Part shown: piece by piece, positions 15,901-28,170 of the stretch | How positions within the stretch are numbered: position 1 is the first letter of the stretch | How the letters are laid out: each line of letters begins with the position of its first letter | IMG/VR virus record: IMGVR_UViG_3300021387_000299 | Span: 96,001 to 160,000 of that record | DNA length: 64,000 nucleotides | Strand: one strand, 5' to 3' | Source: a virus | Lineage: Duplodnaviria > Caudoviricetes | The notes under the pieces: generated by a model | Told to the model about the DNA's origin: nothing | Database searches by the model: none | Seen by the model: only the letters and a program-made list of their open reading frames with translations | Translations under genes and position numbers: made by a program

Positions 15901-18341
15901 TTTTGCTGTGCAGCCAATTTATTTATCTGAAATTGTTGTTGTTTATAAGTTTCTAATTCTGCTTCTAAAACTTGCTTATTATTTTCTGAAGCCTGCTTTT
16001 TTTGTTCTAATGCTTGTTTATTTTGTTCTAATGCTTGTTTATTTTGTTCTAATGCATTTTTTTCATCCTGTATTTTAGATACATGTTTTTCAACAGCTTC
16101 CGTTAAATAATTTTCTGCATCAGCCGCATCTTTAGTTAAACGTTTCTGATATTCTAAATGCTGCTCTACAATTTCTTGATTTTCCTTTTCCGCATTTTCT
16201 GCAATTACTTTTTCTGTTGTTGCTCTAGTTGCAGCAATTTTATCTTGAATATAAGCTCTAAATTCTTCTCTTGTTGCTTTTATTGCCACTCTTTCAGCAT
16301 CATATTTAGTAATAATTTTTTCAATCTGTTGAGCAACAACTTCTTGATCTTGTATTTTAGCCAAGCTAGAAAAATCATCCGTTAAAAAATTTCTTAATGA
16401 ATCATTAATTTCATCATTTACATTTCCAGCCTTTTTGGCATCAGTTCACTTATCTGTTATTTTATGCGTTGATTTTCTCGATGTATTATTTGCAGCAAGC
16501 ATATTTTGAATAGTTATATCTGTCTGTTTAGCATATTCTTCTGTTGTTTTTATCATTTGATTACAAATTTCAAATTCTTGTTCTCCAACTTTACCTCTTA
16601 TTTCAAATAAATATTTATTTAATTTTATTTGCTCTCTTAAATTAGTTAAAATAACATCATCTTTAGGAGTTGAAGAAGTAGCTTTTCTTGCACTAAAGGC
16701 GGCTTGTAAAGCCTCTATTTGCATTTTTTCTCCCTGTAATTGAGCATAAGTTTTATCACTACCAAGCGGTTTTAAGATTTTAGATAATTGAAGTTGAGCA
16801 TCTTGTAAACCTGCAGTAAGCTGAGGTGTAAATTTAGACGCAAAAAATGCAGCAACAGTACTTAATACACCTGGTAATCCACCAATGCCGTCAATTAATT
16901 TATCAACGCCATTTAGAATTTTTTCAATATTATTTAATACACCAACAAAAAAATCTTCATCAATTAAATCTTGATAAATTGCCTGTCAAGCTGCTTGAAC
17001 CCTCTTTCTTGCAGCTTCTCAACTTTCAGCATAAATATCTGCTTGTTCTTGTAAAGTTCCCTCAGCATTCGCGACAACACCTAAATTATCTTGGAACTTG
17101 TCAAAATTATCCATTCAAGCAATTAATGTATTAGAATTTCTAACACCACCAACCGTTTGCGCCAAAGCGTTTCTTTGCGCCTTGGATAATCCTTCTCAAG
17201 CAGAACCTAAATCCATAATAACATCATGCATATCGCGCAAGTCGCCATTGGTATCAAGAACTTGAACTCCAACTTTAGATAATGCTTCTGAATATTTAGT
17301 TAAATCAACGCCATCTTCAAGGGTGTCTCCTAAAGACAAACTTTCAATTCTTTGGAATAATGTTCTAAATGAATTACCAACAGTTGATGCTGACTGACGA
17401 GTTTGAGCAACAACAGTAGCCAAAGCAGCAGTTGCATCATCATATGTTAATCCTAATGAACTACCTAATGCCGCAAATTGATTTAAACCATTCGCAATTT
17501 CTTCTGAACTTGAAGCAGTTGCCGCACCTAATGCAGTAATCTTATCTGCAAATAATTCAAGATCATCACTGCCTTCTGCGAAGTTATTTCAAATAGCAGT
17601 CATATAACTTGAAACATCTTCTGCAGATTCGCCAGTAACATTAGACATTTTTAAAGTAGTTTCGACGCGCTTTTGGACTTCTTCATCACCAAGACCTTGC
17701 TGATAGTAAATTAATGCAGCATCAGTATATGCCAATGTGCTTGTACTTAATGTTTGCGCAGCTTTATTCGCATTTTCTGCCAATACAGCCATTTGATCAG
17801 CAGACTGCCCCGTAACAATTCGAATACTATTTAAAGATTTATCTAAATCTTGTGCATATCCATATGCGCCTTGCAAAGCACCCACAAATCCATGTAAAAT
17901 ACTACTTGATAATTGCCATCTTGCAGTATTTTTCAACGCAATTCACATGCTATCTAACAACTTGTTAGATTCTACCATAGGTTTTTGCGCAGTAACAATA
18001 CTATTAGCTAAATTTAAAAAAGCTTTTTGACCATCAGCACCCATCGCAGTCATATCTCTAGCTAATTTGCTTAAACTTAAATCAGAATTATTTAATTGTT
18101 GATTAAATTTAGATAAATCTAAACGACCGGTATCCGCATTTAACGAATTATTTAAAGCTGTTTTAAGTTTTAAGACTGACTGTTGCGCATTAGAAATTTG
18201 TTGGTCAAATCCATTTGTAGCACCATTTTTAATAGAACCACTCATTAAATTATCTAATGAATTTTGTAAATCTTGGATTTGCTTTTTCGCTTGCGTTGTA
18301 TCTGCTTGAAACCCTAATTTAACATTTATCTGTTTTGGCAT
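9939..18341 (-). CDS. Tail tape measure protein (~2800 aa), about 20 in-frame TGA read as Trp
   Basis: Eleven track fragments fall in one frame over 8403 nt. Junctions read LLDSM*IALKNTARWQ, MTAI*NNF and YAES*EAARKRVQAA*QAIY. TP901-type tape-measure core and coiled-coil composition; lies downstream of the tail genes. Confidence 0.9.
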
Positions 18342-18450
18342 GTTCTACTCCTTTCTCTCTTCCATAAAAAAAATACCCCATGAAGAAAATATCCTCATAG
18401 GGTATAAAATAACTATTCTTCTTTATTCTTTTAAAAAGTAAATAGATTGA

Positions 18451-18975
18451 TTAACCAAGTTTGGTCACAACTTCATTTACAAGTTCAACACCTTTACTTT
18501 GATTAAGTTCGTTAACAAATTTTTGAACGTCTAAATCTAAATTCTTATAATCCTCATTTATAGCATCTAAAATTCCATATGCAGAATCTTGATATTTATA
18601 AAATTGTTCGATAGTTTCTTTTAATAAAGTATATAGATATCCAATATCGCTTTCTGGAATCGCAGTAAATACAGCATGATAAAAACCAGAAGAGATAAAA
18701 TCGTCATAAAGTTTTCCAGCGTTTTCTTTCTGTTTATCAGTAATTGATAAATTAGTATAATATTCAATTACTTTTAAATGAAAATACATATCTACTTTTC
18801 CTGGATTATAAAAACGATTTTCATCCGCTGCTAAATTTAAAACTTCAGTAATCAAATCTAATTTCTTTTCAATAGATAAATAAGGTTTAACTTCAATTTC
18901 CTGTTCATTTCAAATTAATGTTTTAACAGGATCTTTTGGAGTTAACTTTAATTTGTTCAATGTTGGTTTTGCCAT
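18451..18975 (-). CDS. Putative tail assembly chaperone, one TGA
   Basis: MAKPTLNKLKL...KTLI*NEQEIEVKPYL joins track ORF 18451-18855. Directly upstream of the tape measure; sigma-A-like promoter at ~19007-19035. Confidence 0.55.
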
Positions 18976-19043
18976 ATGATATAATTCTCCTATTATGTTC
19001 TATTTTATTATACCAAAAATTTTTTATTTATACAAACTTGTTT

Positions 19044-20582
19044 TTATTTTAACGCATTAGAAGAAATTGTTATTAATAGATTCATCGTTTTCATTTTATT
19101 AGTAAGTCTTGTAATTCGCCTTGCAGAAGACGCCCTATTTCTTTTAGATTCTGGAGCAACCCAATCATTTTCTGTTCAAATACCATCAGGATATTTGGAA
19201 AAGTTCATTAACTCTATATTTCCAATTATTTTATCTAATAATTCAGATAAATAATAAACCTTGTATCCCTCATTAGTACTATTATCATTAACTATAAATA
19301 AATCAACTTTTTCACTATATCCTTTATCTGTAAACACTCCACCAGAAATAGCTTTTACAAAAGCTGTGATTTTCATAGCTTCATGCATTTTATTTACATC
19401 ATTCAAACTAAAATTTGTATCAGTATGAGTTCCAACAATATTTAAAAAATGATTTATAAAATACGAGTAATCTTGAACTAAACCTAATAAATTTTTACCT
19501 TCTAATAATTTCAAGTGATCAAACCCTGTACTTAAATTATAATTTTTTATAGAAGTATTTATATTTTCAAAACCTTTAAAATATAAAGTTGCATCTACTT
19601 TATCTTCAGTTAAGTTAACGGTAAACTCATCTTGCTGCAATTGCTTAAGAGAAAGTCTGTTACCAGAATCATCAAACATTTTATCTTCATCTCTATATAA
19701 AGCATAATAACTCAATAAAGATCCTTTTACTCCTTTTCGACTTTTGTGTGGCTTATTTTTTGGATCATTTAAAAACTTTAAAAGTTGATTTTTAGAAACC
19801 CTTCCTTTATGATTTAAGACATAATTACTTGCTTTTGCCACAACTTCACCAAATTCGCCCTGAGCCTTTCCCGCAGAGGTTAATTTAAGAGCCCTTATTA
19901 ATTCACTTAATTCATCATCAAATCTTTGATATTTTTCATTTTTTCTAAGCCAACGACGCCATATTACTTTAGTATTTTTAGTCTTTTTTGTATATGCTGC
20001 AACATCATCTTTAAAGTTCGTATATTTTAAATCTAAATCTTCTAATTTTTTATAAAGATCTGCGGAAATTTTATCTTTTGCTATTTCTTTTCTAAATGCA
20101 ACCAATGCCTTATATCTATCTTCTATTGATTGAATAGAACGTTTATCTGCTATTTGATAATTACGAAATTTTTTTACCTTTTCTAAAAGCTCTTTTTCTT
20201 TTTCTGTTAAACTTGCTACATCCACACCAGAAGAAACTGATAACGTATTATTGTCTAAATATATATGACTACCGAACATATTTTCCATATATTCTGAAAG
20301 CGCTGCCCGCATTGTTTCAACATCCTTTTCATTCAATTCACCCTTTTCTATATTTGTTTTTATTGCAGGATTAAAAAATAAATTTAACATTTTTTCAAGT
20401 TTTTCTTTATTTCCAGCCAAATCATTTTCAAATTTTTTCCTCGCCATTTCTTGTTTCATCATTGCTATTTGAGTATCGTATATTTCTTGCGGACGAGGAG
20501 GGGTTTCTTTTTTATATAAATTAGTTGAATAATTAAGATAGTGTACTCTTGTTGCATGAATATAATCTCCAATACCCGCCAT
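19044..20582 (-). CDS. Hypothetical protein (~512 aa), one TGA near the C-terminus
   Basis: Track ORF 19176-20582 ends in TGA; the frame continues to TAA at 19044. Confidence 0.65.
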
Positions 20583-20620
20583 ACTTTATCACCTCTTAAA
20601 TAAACAAAAAAAGGGAAAGA

Positions 20621-20806
20621 CTATTCGTCTTCCCCTTCATTTTCTTCAACCATAATTTTTAAACCAGCTTCAGGCTTAATAATAGTAATTTTAGCTTTAG
20701 ATAAATCTAAAACAGGTTCTTTATTTTCGCTCTGTTCTGGTTTGATAATCTTAATAGTAGCCGGTTTAGAGACTACTCTTTTTCTTTTACTAGAGCGAGA
20801 AAACAT
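20621..20806 (-). CDS. Small hypothetical protein
   Basis: GGAGG RBS, ATG, TAG stop; follows the major tail gene. Confidence 0.55.
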   Translation of the reverse strand: MFSRSSKRKRVVSKPATIKIIKPEQSENKEPVLDLSKAKITIIKPEAGLKIMVEENEGEDE

Positions 20807-20820
20807 AATTTACCCTCCTA

Positions 20821-21945
20821 CTAGTCATCATGGTTATCAGATGACATGCTTACTAATTCATCTGAATATGTTTCACCATCATGCCATGTACGACCACGAT
20901 GTAGGTCATTATTAGCATCAGAAGCTGTTGTAGCACTCTCAATAATCTGAATAACAGCAAATACTTTATGACTCTTATCGAATCTTGTGTAGTCTGGGAA
21001 TGCATCCATTGTAAATGTAAATGTTGATGGATCACCAGTAGCAGCCATAGTAAATGTAAATGCTGACTGAATCTTACAGTTAGGAATGATAAATTCAGCT
21101 GGATGGTCTACACCATTTGTATCTCTCCAAAGTGTTGAACCTTCAAGATAATATGTACCAGCGAATTTTTCAGCATCAATTTCAATCTGTTTAGCGCCAG
21201 AACGAACTGGTGTATAGTAATCAATTAAAACACCATTACCAATACCAGCATCAACAGCAAGATTTGTCTTACCATCATCACCTTTACCGACGCCAATTTC
21301 ATACATATGATTCATATCAGTATCATGGCAATTTAATTCTTTTCCAAAATTACATTCATGACTTTCAACAACCATCTTATATGAACCATCTTCTTGAGGT
21401 TCAATTTTTGCATAAGTCTTTGAAGCTGCATCAAATGCAGAACCTGTCTGCTGATTAACAATATAAGGTTCAGAAATAACTTCACCATCTTTTGTGATCA
21501 TAATGCAAGCGTAATTTTCATTTTCAACTGCGCCATTAGCTGTTGGAACAGGTAAGAAAGGTTCTTTATCTACGAAAACAGTTAAAGTCTTTCCATCTTC
21601 ACTAACAGTATATTCATCTGTTGTTTCAACAATATGCTGATAAATAGGCTTATCTTCAGAAGCTTCAATTAAACCAGCACCAGTTAAAACTGATAAACTT
21701 TCTGGAGAAATCAATGCATCTTCCATAGTGAAAGTAACTGTACGTTCACCTTCCCACGCCATTAAACGAGCATTACCTTTACCACCCTGCGCATAAACAG
21801 TTGTAGAAGCACCCTCTAATGTTGAAGTAGTCAGTGTGTCGAAATATAATACTGGTTCATTCTTATAGAAACGCTTGTTTCCCAAATTCATTGTACCCTT
21901 GGCTCTAAGTACAACGTCAACTACGTCACGAACACCATATTTCAT
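20821..21945 (-). CDS. Major tail (tube) protein
   Basis: Intact 374-aa ORF with no TGA and a strong RBS. Tube-like motifs (FTMEDAL, GDPSTFTFTMDAFP) and synteny support the call. Confidence 0.7.
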   Translation of the reverse strand: MKYGVRDVVDVVLRAKGTMNLGNKRFYKNEPVLYFDTLTTSTLEGASTTVYAQGGKGNARLMAWEGERTVTFTMEDALISPESLSVLTGAGLIEASEDKPIYQHIVETTDEYTVSEDGKTLTVFVDKEPFLPVPTANGAVENENYACIMITKDGEVISEPYIVNQQTGSAFDAASKTYAKIEPQEDGSYKMVVESHECNFGKELNCHDTDMNHMYEIGVGKGDDGKTNLAVDAGIGNGVLIDYYTPVRSGAKQIEIDAEKFAGTYYLEGSTLWRDTNGVDHPAEFIIPNCKIQSAFTFTMAATGDPSTFTFTMDAFPDYTRFDKSHKVFAVIQIIESATTASDANNDLHRGRTWHDGETYSDELVSMSSDNHDD

Positions 21946-21963
21946 GGGCTTTTTCCTCCTTCT

Positions 21964-22686
21964 TTAATCTTTATGGATATTTCTCATTCAATCTTCAGGC
22001 TTGCCATCAGCTTTTGCCCCAGCAAGTCTTGATCGAATATCAAGGTCTCAATTAGTATAAAGACCAAATCTTTCTAATGAATCTAATACTTGATATACAG
22101 TATAGTCCACTAAAGTTGTAATTGGTATTTTTAATCCAATAGATAAAGCTGATAAATATCGTGCATAAACACTTCCAATATCATCACCTTTTAATTTAGC
22201 AATTCGTTCTCTACCTTTTTTAATTTTTTCAGCAATTTTTCGAGCTTGCTCATTTACTGGATTAAAATCATCCTCTTTTTTCTTTAAACAAAAAACTTGC
22301 CGCAAGATAGTCTGGAAATATTCAAAATTTCCTTCATCTATTATAATGTTTGTGCCATTATAATTTAACAATAATGCCCTTGGAGTAAAGGTTATTTTTC
22401 CATTTGGTACAACTAAAGATAAGGCTTCTTTTACTGCTTCTTTAGTTTCTTTAGCATCTTTCTCTGACATTATTGTCATAAATATTTGAAAATTTGAAGT
22501 ATTAGATAAATCTGATCCGCCCTGCTCAAATTGTTCTTTATCTATACAAAATACTTGTATTCCTGTTAAAAATTGTTTTTCTCCAACCATTGATATTTCT
22601 TTAATTGTCGGTTGATGAATAATTAATTGACATTCTGGAATGGGAATATCCACTCCAGTAAATAGTGCAAGATCAATATCTTTCAT
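21964..22686 (-). CDS. Tail-module protein, two TGA near the C-terminus
   Basis: ...GLYTN*DLDIRSRLAGAKADGKPED*MRNIHKD then TAA at 21964. Confidence 0.65.
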
Positions 22687-23282
22687 TATTCTTTAAACTG
22701 CTTTTGTTTAAATAATTCATTAAAATCATCAACCATCTTCTGCTGATCATCTGGATTAGGAGTATCTTTCTTATCCTCTCCACCATGAACTGCTTGATAC
22801 ATTAAAGTTAATCCTGCAAATTCATCATTAAGAATAATCTGACTTGCGCCTAAAAAATGTAATTCTCCAATCCCTGTTAAATGCTCATTATCAAACATTG
22901 AATCAATTTCCGCAGCAATACGATATGGACGCAATTGGAAATCCTTTAACTGCCATTGATCGAAATGACATATAATATCAAAGGTAATAATATTATCTCT
23001 AAATTGTGGATTCGCACTTGGCGTAAAATTATCCATAGATATAATTACATAAGCCAACACACTTCCATCTACATAAATTTTTGGAATAATTTTTATTTGC
23101 TTTCCAATCATATTTGCACGTTGTTCTTCAGTCAATGCTGGTCGATCCAACGCATCTCTATCCGTGTAATATAAAATTTTACATAAATTCTTATTCTTCA
23201 TCATTCATTCAGTTATTAAAGCTAAATCTTTGTCGACCGACATAAATGATGAATGCGGAATCGTATATTTCTTAATTATCAT
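22686..23282 (-). CDS. Putative tail terminator/completion protein, one TGA
   Basis: MIIKKYTIPHSSFMSVDKDLALITE*MMKNK joins track ORF 22686-23204; neck-region synteny. Confidence 0.6.
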
Positions 23283-23300
23283 AATACTCCATTTTCTCCT

Positions 23301-24293
23301 TTAAAATAAAGATTCTGCAACAATAGTTTTTTCAGCATCGCCGCATTTTAATACAAACTGACCATGATAACTTGATTGTCAGCTAATAACACATTTACGA
23401 CCGTCTGCTTTCATTTGAACAGGAACTTTCTTTCCTATAATCTTCCATTGTGCAAGATCTTTTCCTCTATAGTAATAAGTATATTCAATTCTTGGTTTAA
23501 TAAAAGTATCTCCTTTAATTAAATCATCGAGTGTAGAATCTGCGTTTGGATCAATCGGATCCATTACAAGACCATCTACCAAATAATTATTAACGTCATC
23601 TTTAGTCTCATTTGCATAATATTCTACAGCTACAACTTGTAAAATTCCAGGCATACTAATACTATCAGTTGCTTCAACTCTTCAGCAAATATTCTTATCA
23701 GCCTCATCAATACCCTTTAAATAAAACTTTGCATAACGTCTAAAATATTTTAATGCTTCGGGTGTTTTAGTCATAAGAATATCTAAAGAGTGATTCGGTT
23801 CATCTACACTTATACCATTCTTTTGAATAAAATTAATCTTAGTTTCTACTGGACCTCTTACCGCAAGATATTGGGTAAACTTCTCTTTATCTTCATTTAA
23901 CCAAGATACAGTATAATTACAACGTCTAATTTCTGCTCTAAAATAAGCAAGTTCAGTTAAATCTTGTAAATAAATTATTCATTTAGTTCCAGTATTTAAT
24001 CAATCAAAAATGTCTCCCGGTTTATAGCGATACTCATATCCAACAGAGAGAACTTTATCATCATAATTTTGTTTTGTCTTATCCGGATTAATTAACGCTG
24101 GTGCTTGTTCTTGATCTACCGCATCAGTATGTTTAATTTTTGCCGCTTGATAAGAGTATTTTGTTGCATGATCTAATGTTCATCTTTTATCGCGAATCAT
24201 TCGATCTTGTTGCGGTTTTCCGCCATGCCAATTTATTCTATTTGCCATTAAATTTATTCCAGAAAATTGAGATCTATCAGTACTATATGGCAT
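23301..24293 (-). CDS. Putative head-closure/neck protein (~330 aa), five TGA
   Basis: Continuous frame from ATG 24293 to TAA 23301 if TGA=Trp (DKR*TLD, FD*LNTGTK*IIY, IC*RVE, VIS*QSS). Confidence 0.65.
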
Positions 24294-24588
24294 TTAACGT
24301 CCCCCTTAATAAAGAAATTGATTCAAATACTGTCTTTCTATAAATACTAAATTCCAAATCTTCAGATACTCGCAAACCTTCAAGTTTACTTAGTAAAATT
24401 AAGAATTCATCATTTGAAGCAAATATCTCTGATAATCCCCTAATTTCAATAAGGACAGTATTTAATTGTTCCAATCAATTTTCTCCATTTTCTCTCATTG
24501 GAATTAATTTTCAAAGTTGATTTGTCAATCTATTTATATCAGATTCAAAACTAGACCTTGAAATATTAATGCCTAACTTCGTAGTCAC
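24283..24588 (-). CDS. Small neck-region protein, two TGA
   Basis: GTG start (uncertain); LTNQL*KLIPMRENGEN*LEQLNTV joins track ORF 24283-24474. Confidence 0.6.
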
Positions 24589-25171
24589 CAAAGATTCCAT
24601 TTCTTAGCACATCCCAATTTGACTCAATATAGCCATCGCTATTTATTCGTCTACGCTTATAAAGGCGTTGCATATGGAATGATTGTCTCTGACATTCTGC
24701 TAATAAATTTAATAATTTGGCAAGATGATTGGCTTGGGAGGTCATTTTAAAATCAGACCCACTATATTTCATGCGGGTATTTTCAATAGATGTAACTTGG
24801 CGTTGAAGCCATCCGCACATCATTAATAATGCAAGAATATTAATCTCTTCACTCGTTAAATCTACATTAAAATGCGAGCGTTCAATATATACATCAGGAA
24901 TTCCCTCATCTTCCTCTTCATCTGGAGTGTTTCAAACAACTCCAATAACAAAATCCCCTTCTTCAACCTTATCTTCTCGAACAATAAGAGTTTCAATAGA
25001 AAAGTCGTCTAAAATTTTACGAGGGAATTCAAATCCAGGAATTGCATCAATTAAAAGGGACCTTAAGTCCCTCATTGTGTCTTCTGGAGTTAACTCCATG
25101 TACATATCATCTGTGATTTTACCAAGAAAGCGATTATATATATCTGTGAACTGAGTTCCCATAATATACAC
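24566..25171 (-). CDS. Putative head-tail adaptor protein, one TGA
   Basis: Track ORFs 24932-25171 and 24566-24823 are in frame and joined via IGVV*NTPDEEE. Confidence 0.65.
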
Positions 25172-25186
25172 TCCTTTCTTATTTAA

Positions 25187-25792
25187 TTATTTCTTAATAA
25201 TCTTAGGTTTATTTGCGGCGACTGCTTCTGCTGCAACCCCTCCAGCTGATCTACGTGTAGTTGTCTGAACTCTACGAGTCTTTGGAGCCTCTGCCGCAGG
25301 TGCTTCACCGTCATCATTAGCTCTATTTTCTCTATCATGAGCAATTGCTGCATCAACATCAAATCCTGTCATTTCCTTAAGAGCCTGTCTCTTAGAAAAA
25401 TCATTTAAAGGAATCTGGACGCTTAAATCTTTAATCATATCTTTAACACCATCTGGCGCAAAATCAAGAGCATCCTTAAATTCGTTTAAAGTACCCTCTC
25501 TAATAAGCTTAGCGACATTATCAGCATTCATATAATACTCAGGTTCTCTATGAATATTTAAATCATCTAAAACCTGTTCGTCTTTAACCAAGAGGTGGTT
25601 TCTGATTAAGTCAAGTCCGCCAGCTGTATATGATAAAGCTTCAATTTCCTCTTTTGGAACTCTGATAGCCTGTCTAGGAGCTAATTCTCTGCGAATATGT
25701 CTATCGGGAATTTGATAAACAATTTTTCCAGCTGTTCTATTTTCAACTGTTACTAAATCTGCCATATTGTAATAATCTCCTTTTTCTCTCAC
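25187..25792 (-). CDS. Hypothetical protein downstream of the capsid gene
   Basis: Intact ORF; probable start MADLV after GGAG. Confidence 0.7.
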   Translation of the reverse strand: MREKGDYYNMADLVTVENRTAGKIVYQIPDRHIRRELAPRQAIRVPKEEIEALSYTAGGLDLIRNHLLVKDEQVLDDLNIHREPEYYMNADNVAKLIREGTLNEFKDALDFAPDGVKDMIKDLSVQIPLNDFSKRQALKEMTGFDVDAAIAHDRENRANDDGEAPAAEAPKTRRVQTTTRRSAGGVAAEAVAANKPKIIKK

Positions 25793-25849
25793 TTAATGAA
25801 AATAAGGGGAGAGGGGATTTACCCCTACTCCCCTTTAACTCTTAAATAT

Positions 25850-26263
25850 TTAGTTTTCTTTAAATGTTACTGTTAATGTAACACTTTCGCCCTTAGCACC
25901 AATTGTAATTGTTGCTGGTGTTGTGGCAATTGTTTCTGCCTTAGTCCAGAATACAATATGTCCTGCTCCAAGGCCTAATCCAGCTGCTTCCTCTACGTCA
26001 GCATCTGTTAATTCAGCACCATTCCATGTAGCACCAACGATTGTCTCAAGACCTGTATTAATATCTAATCCAATCCACTTATGCTCTCCTTGAGCCGCAT
26101 TAGAAGATGGGAATGTAACTAAGTCTTCAAGTTTACCTTTGATGACAATGGAAGTACCACTTTGTTCAACCTCAACGGCCCCATTATTGACTACCATGCT
26201 ATCATAGCTGGCGTCCCATGATGGAAGAGTGGCCAACTTACTAACCGTTGTTGTTACTACCCC
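25850..26263 (-). CDS. Ig-like beta-rich domain, probably a -1 frameshift extension of the major capsid protein
   Basis: No RBS before the TTG at 26236. The frame is open back to the G-GGG-TAG end of the capsid gene in the -1 frame. Confidence 0.55.
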   Translation of the reverse strand, partial: GVVTTTVSKLATLPSWDASYDSMVVNNGAVEVEQSGTSIVIKGKLEDLVTFPSSNAAQGEHKWIGLDINTGLETIVGATWNGAELTDADVEEAAGLGLGAGHIVFWTKAETIATTPATITIGAKGESVTLTVTFKEN

Positions 26264-27408
26264 TGCTGGCCGTTACCGCCTTGATTGTCGCCTGCACCTT
26301 CGCTACCGCTTTGGAAATCAGATGCATTGTCAACAACGACAACGTTCTTAACTGTATCAGCAAGCTGGAATGAACCTTCCTTAGATAATGAAGTATCCTT
26401 ATAAACGCACATTGCATTGTTCATCATGCAAACTACGCCGACCTTCTTATATACCTGGATCTCACGGCTCCAGTCACGATTAGCTCTTTCGTCAACAAGT
26501 GTATCGCCTTCGAAAGCAACCTTAACTGGCTTCATATCTGTGCCTGATGGGATAATCCAGCAGAATGAAGGATCAATAACCTTTTCCTTACCTTCAATAA
26601 TGTCCTTATAAGCGTTAGGAAGAATGACAACATTCTTATCTCTATATCCGCTTAAACGACCTGTTCTGTAAAGTTCATCCTTCATAGCTTCTGTGTATCT
26701 CCAAGCTTCTTGAGGAATCATCTTAACAGCAAATTCGTTAGTGCAGTAAATTGTTACATTACCATATGATTCAGCAAGGCGAACAAGTTCGTCAAATGAA
26801 GCTGCATCAAATCCGTTTGTAACAACGCGGTTCATTGCAGGAAGCTGGTTAATAGCACCTTCAAGAGCCTTACCAATTTCTTCGTAAACAAGGTCATCCA
26901 TACCTTCCATTACGATATTTGTAAGTTCAGCAAAGTCAGCACGACCATCAAGGAATTCCTCAAATCCGATCTGTGCAGCTCCGCCAATTGCACTTGTTGG
27001 AACTTCGAAGCTTTCAGAACTCTTAGCAAGCTTGAAGACTTCATAGTTACCTGCAAGTCCAACTCTTGTAATGAACTGCTTAGCACGATTAGTGCCATCA
27101 ATCTTTCTACGGAACATAGGTCTGTCGCCCTGCGCAAATGTCTTTACTTCTGCGAACTGACCATAGTTCTGAACGACTCTCTTAGGAAGAACATCATTCA
27201 ATGTTTCTTCAATAATAGAGAATACTAAATTCTTATTTTCACGATATAACTGGTATGTTCCAGCAATCTCTCTGAACTCATTACGAAGTGTTTCGTTAAG
27301 TTCATTATAGCTGAAATCCTGTCCATTATAGCTATACGCCTTAGGAGCTTTAGGATCAGCTTTAGCTACAGTCTTAGCTAATGCAATAAAATTCTTCTTA
27401 TCTAACAT
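26257..27408 (-). CDS. Major capsid protein
   Basis: 383 aa, strongly biased codon usage, no TGA; follows the protease/scaffold and a second head gene. Confidence 0.8.
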   Translation of the reverse strand: MLDKKNFIALAKTVAKADPKAPKAYSYNGQDFSYNELNETLRNEFREIAGTYQLYRENKNLVFSIIEETLNDVLPKRVVQNYGQFAEVKTFAQGDRPMFRRKIDGTNRAKQFITRVGLAGNYEVFKLAKSSESFEVPTSAIGGAAQIGFEEFLDGRADFAELTNIVMEGMDDLVYEEIGKALEGAINQLPAMNRVVTNGFDAASFDELVRLAESYGNVTIYCTNEFAVKMIPQEAWRYTEAMKDELYRTGRLSGYRDKNVVILPNAYKDIIEGKEKVIDPSFCWIIPSGTDMKPVKVAFEGDTLVDERANRDWSREIQVYKKVGVVCMMNNAMCVYKDTSLSKEGSFQLADTVKNVVVVDNASDFQSGSEGAGDNQGGNGQQG

Positions 27409-27427
27409 TTCCTTACTCCTTTCTTAA

Positions 27428-28153
27428 TTATTTAACGCGCATAACTTTTACGCCAGGCTGCATATCAGGCATTGTGTAAACCTTAACAACCTGCATTGTT
27501 GGGTGAAGAGCGTCTGCGCCTTCGCCCGGTGCAAGATAACCATCAGCGCCAGGTGTAAGCATATCGCCAACCTTTAGGCTACCTGGTTCAGCAGCAATTG
27601 TATTTGTTGTCCAAATATCGCCAATATTAATCTTGAAAAGACGAGGAACCATTCTTGTTCCCTGTGGCATTAACTTATGCTTCTTGTAGTTTTCAACTAC
27701 ATGGAATGGATCATCTGTAGAATCTACTTCATAAGGAGAAGCTGGCTTTGTAACACGTTCAACATTGTCATTGCCATCTCCATCTTTAGCTCCGTAGAAA
27801 CGAGCCTGCCATTCTGTTAAAGGCTGTGTTCCATCAATTGGACTATAAACACGAGCAACATAATCTTCTTTCTTCATAGCAAAATCGCAGTCCTGTTCCC
27901 AGTCACGATAAAGCTTGATTTCATTAAAGACCATCATCCATTCGCCTTTGCCTTCAAAGTCTACTGCTCCGCCATCATCAGCTGCATAGTTATATGTAGC
28001 AAACTGTCCATTCTCAAGAATGTCAATATCTGCTGCTGCAGGTAACTGAGCATAGATCTGAGCAGTCTTCTGGGCAGATAGATGGTTTGGTTCAACCTGA
28101 CCATAACCACGAGCGACATATGTGGCCTTTTCACTTAATCTTTCTCTAGCCAT
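27428..28153 (-). CDS. Abundant head protein (decoration/cement-like)
   Basis: Intact ORF with no TGA and a strong RBS, between scaffold and capsid genes. Confidence 0.6.
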   Translation of the reverse strand: MARERLSEKATYVARGYGQVEPNHLSAQKTAQIYAQLPAAADIDILENGQFATYNYAADDGGAVDFEGKGEWMMVFNEIKLYRDWEQDCDFAMKKEDYVARVYSPIDGTQPLTEWQARFYGAKDGDGNDNVERVTKPASPYEVDSTDDPFHVVENYKKHKLMPQGTRMVPRLFKINIGDIWTTNTIAAEPGSLKVGDMLTPGADGYLAPGEGADALHPTMQVVKVYTMPDMQPGVKVMRVK

Positions 28154-28170
28154 TTACTGTCTTCCTCCTA

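Noticed and set aside
15990-16060. 21-bp tandem repeat
   Set aside because: It simply encodes ALEQNKQ heptads in the tape-measure coiled coil.
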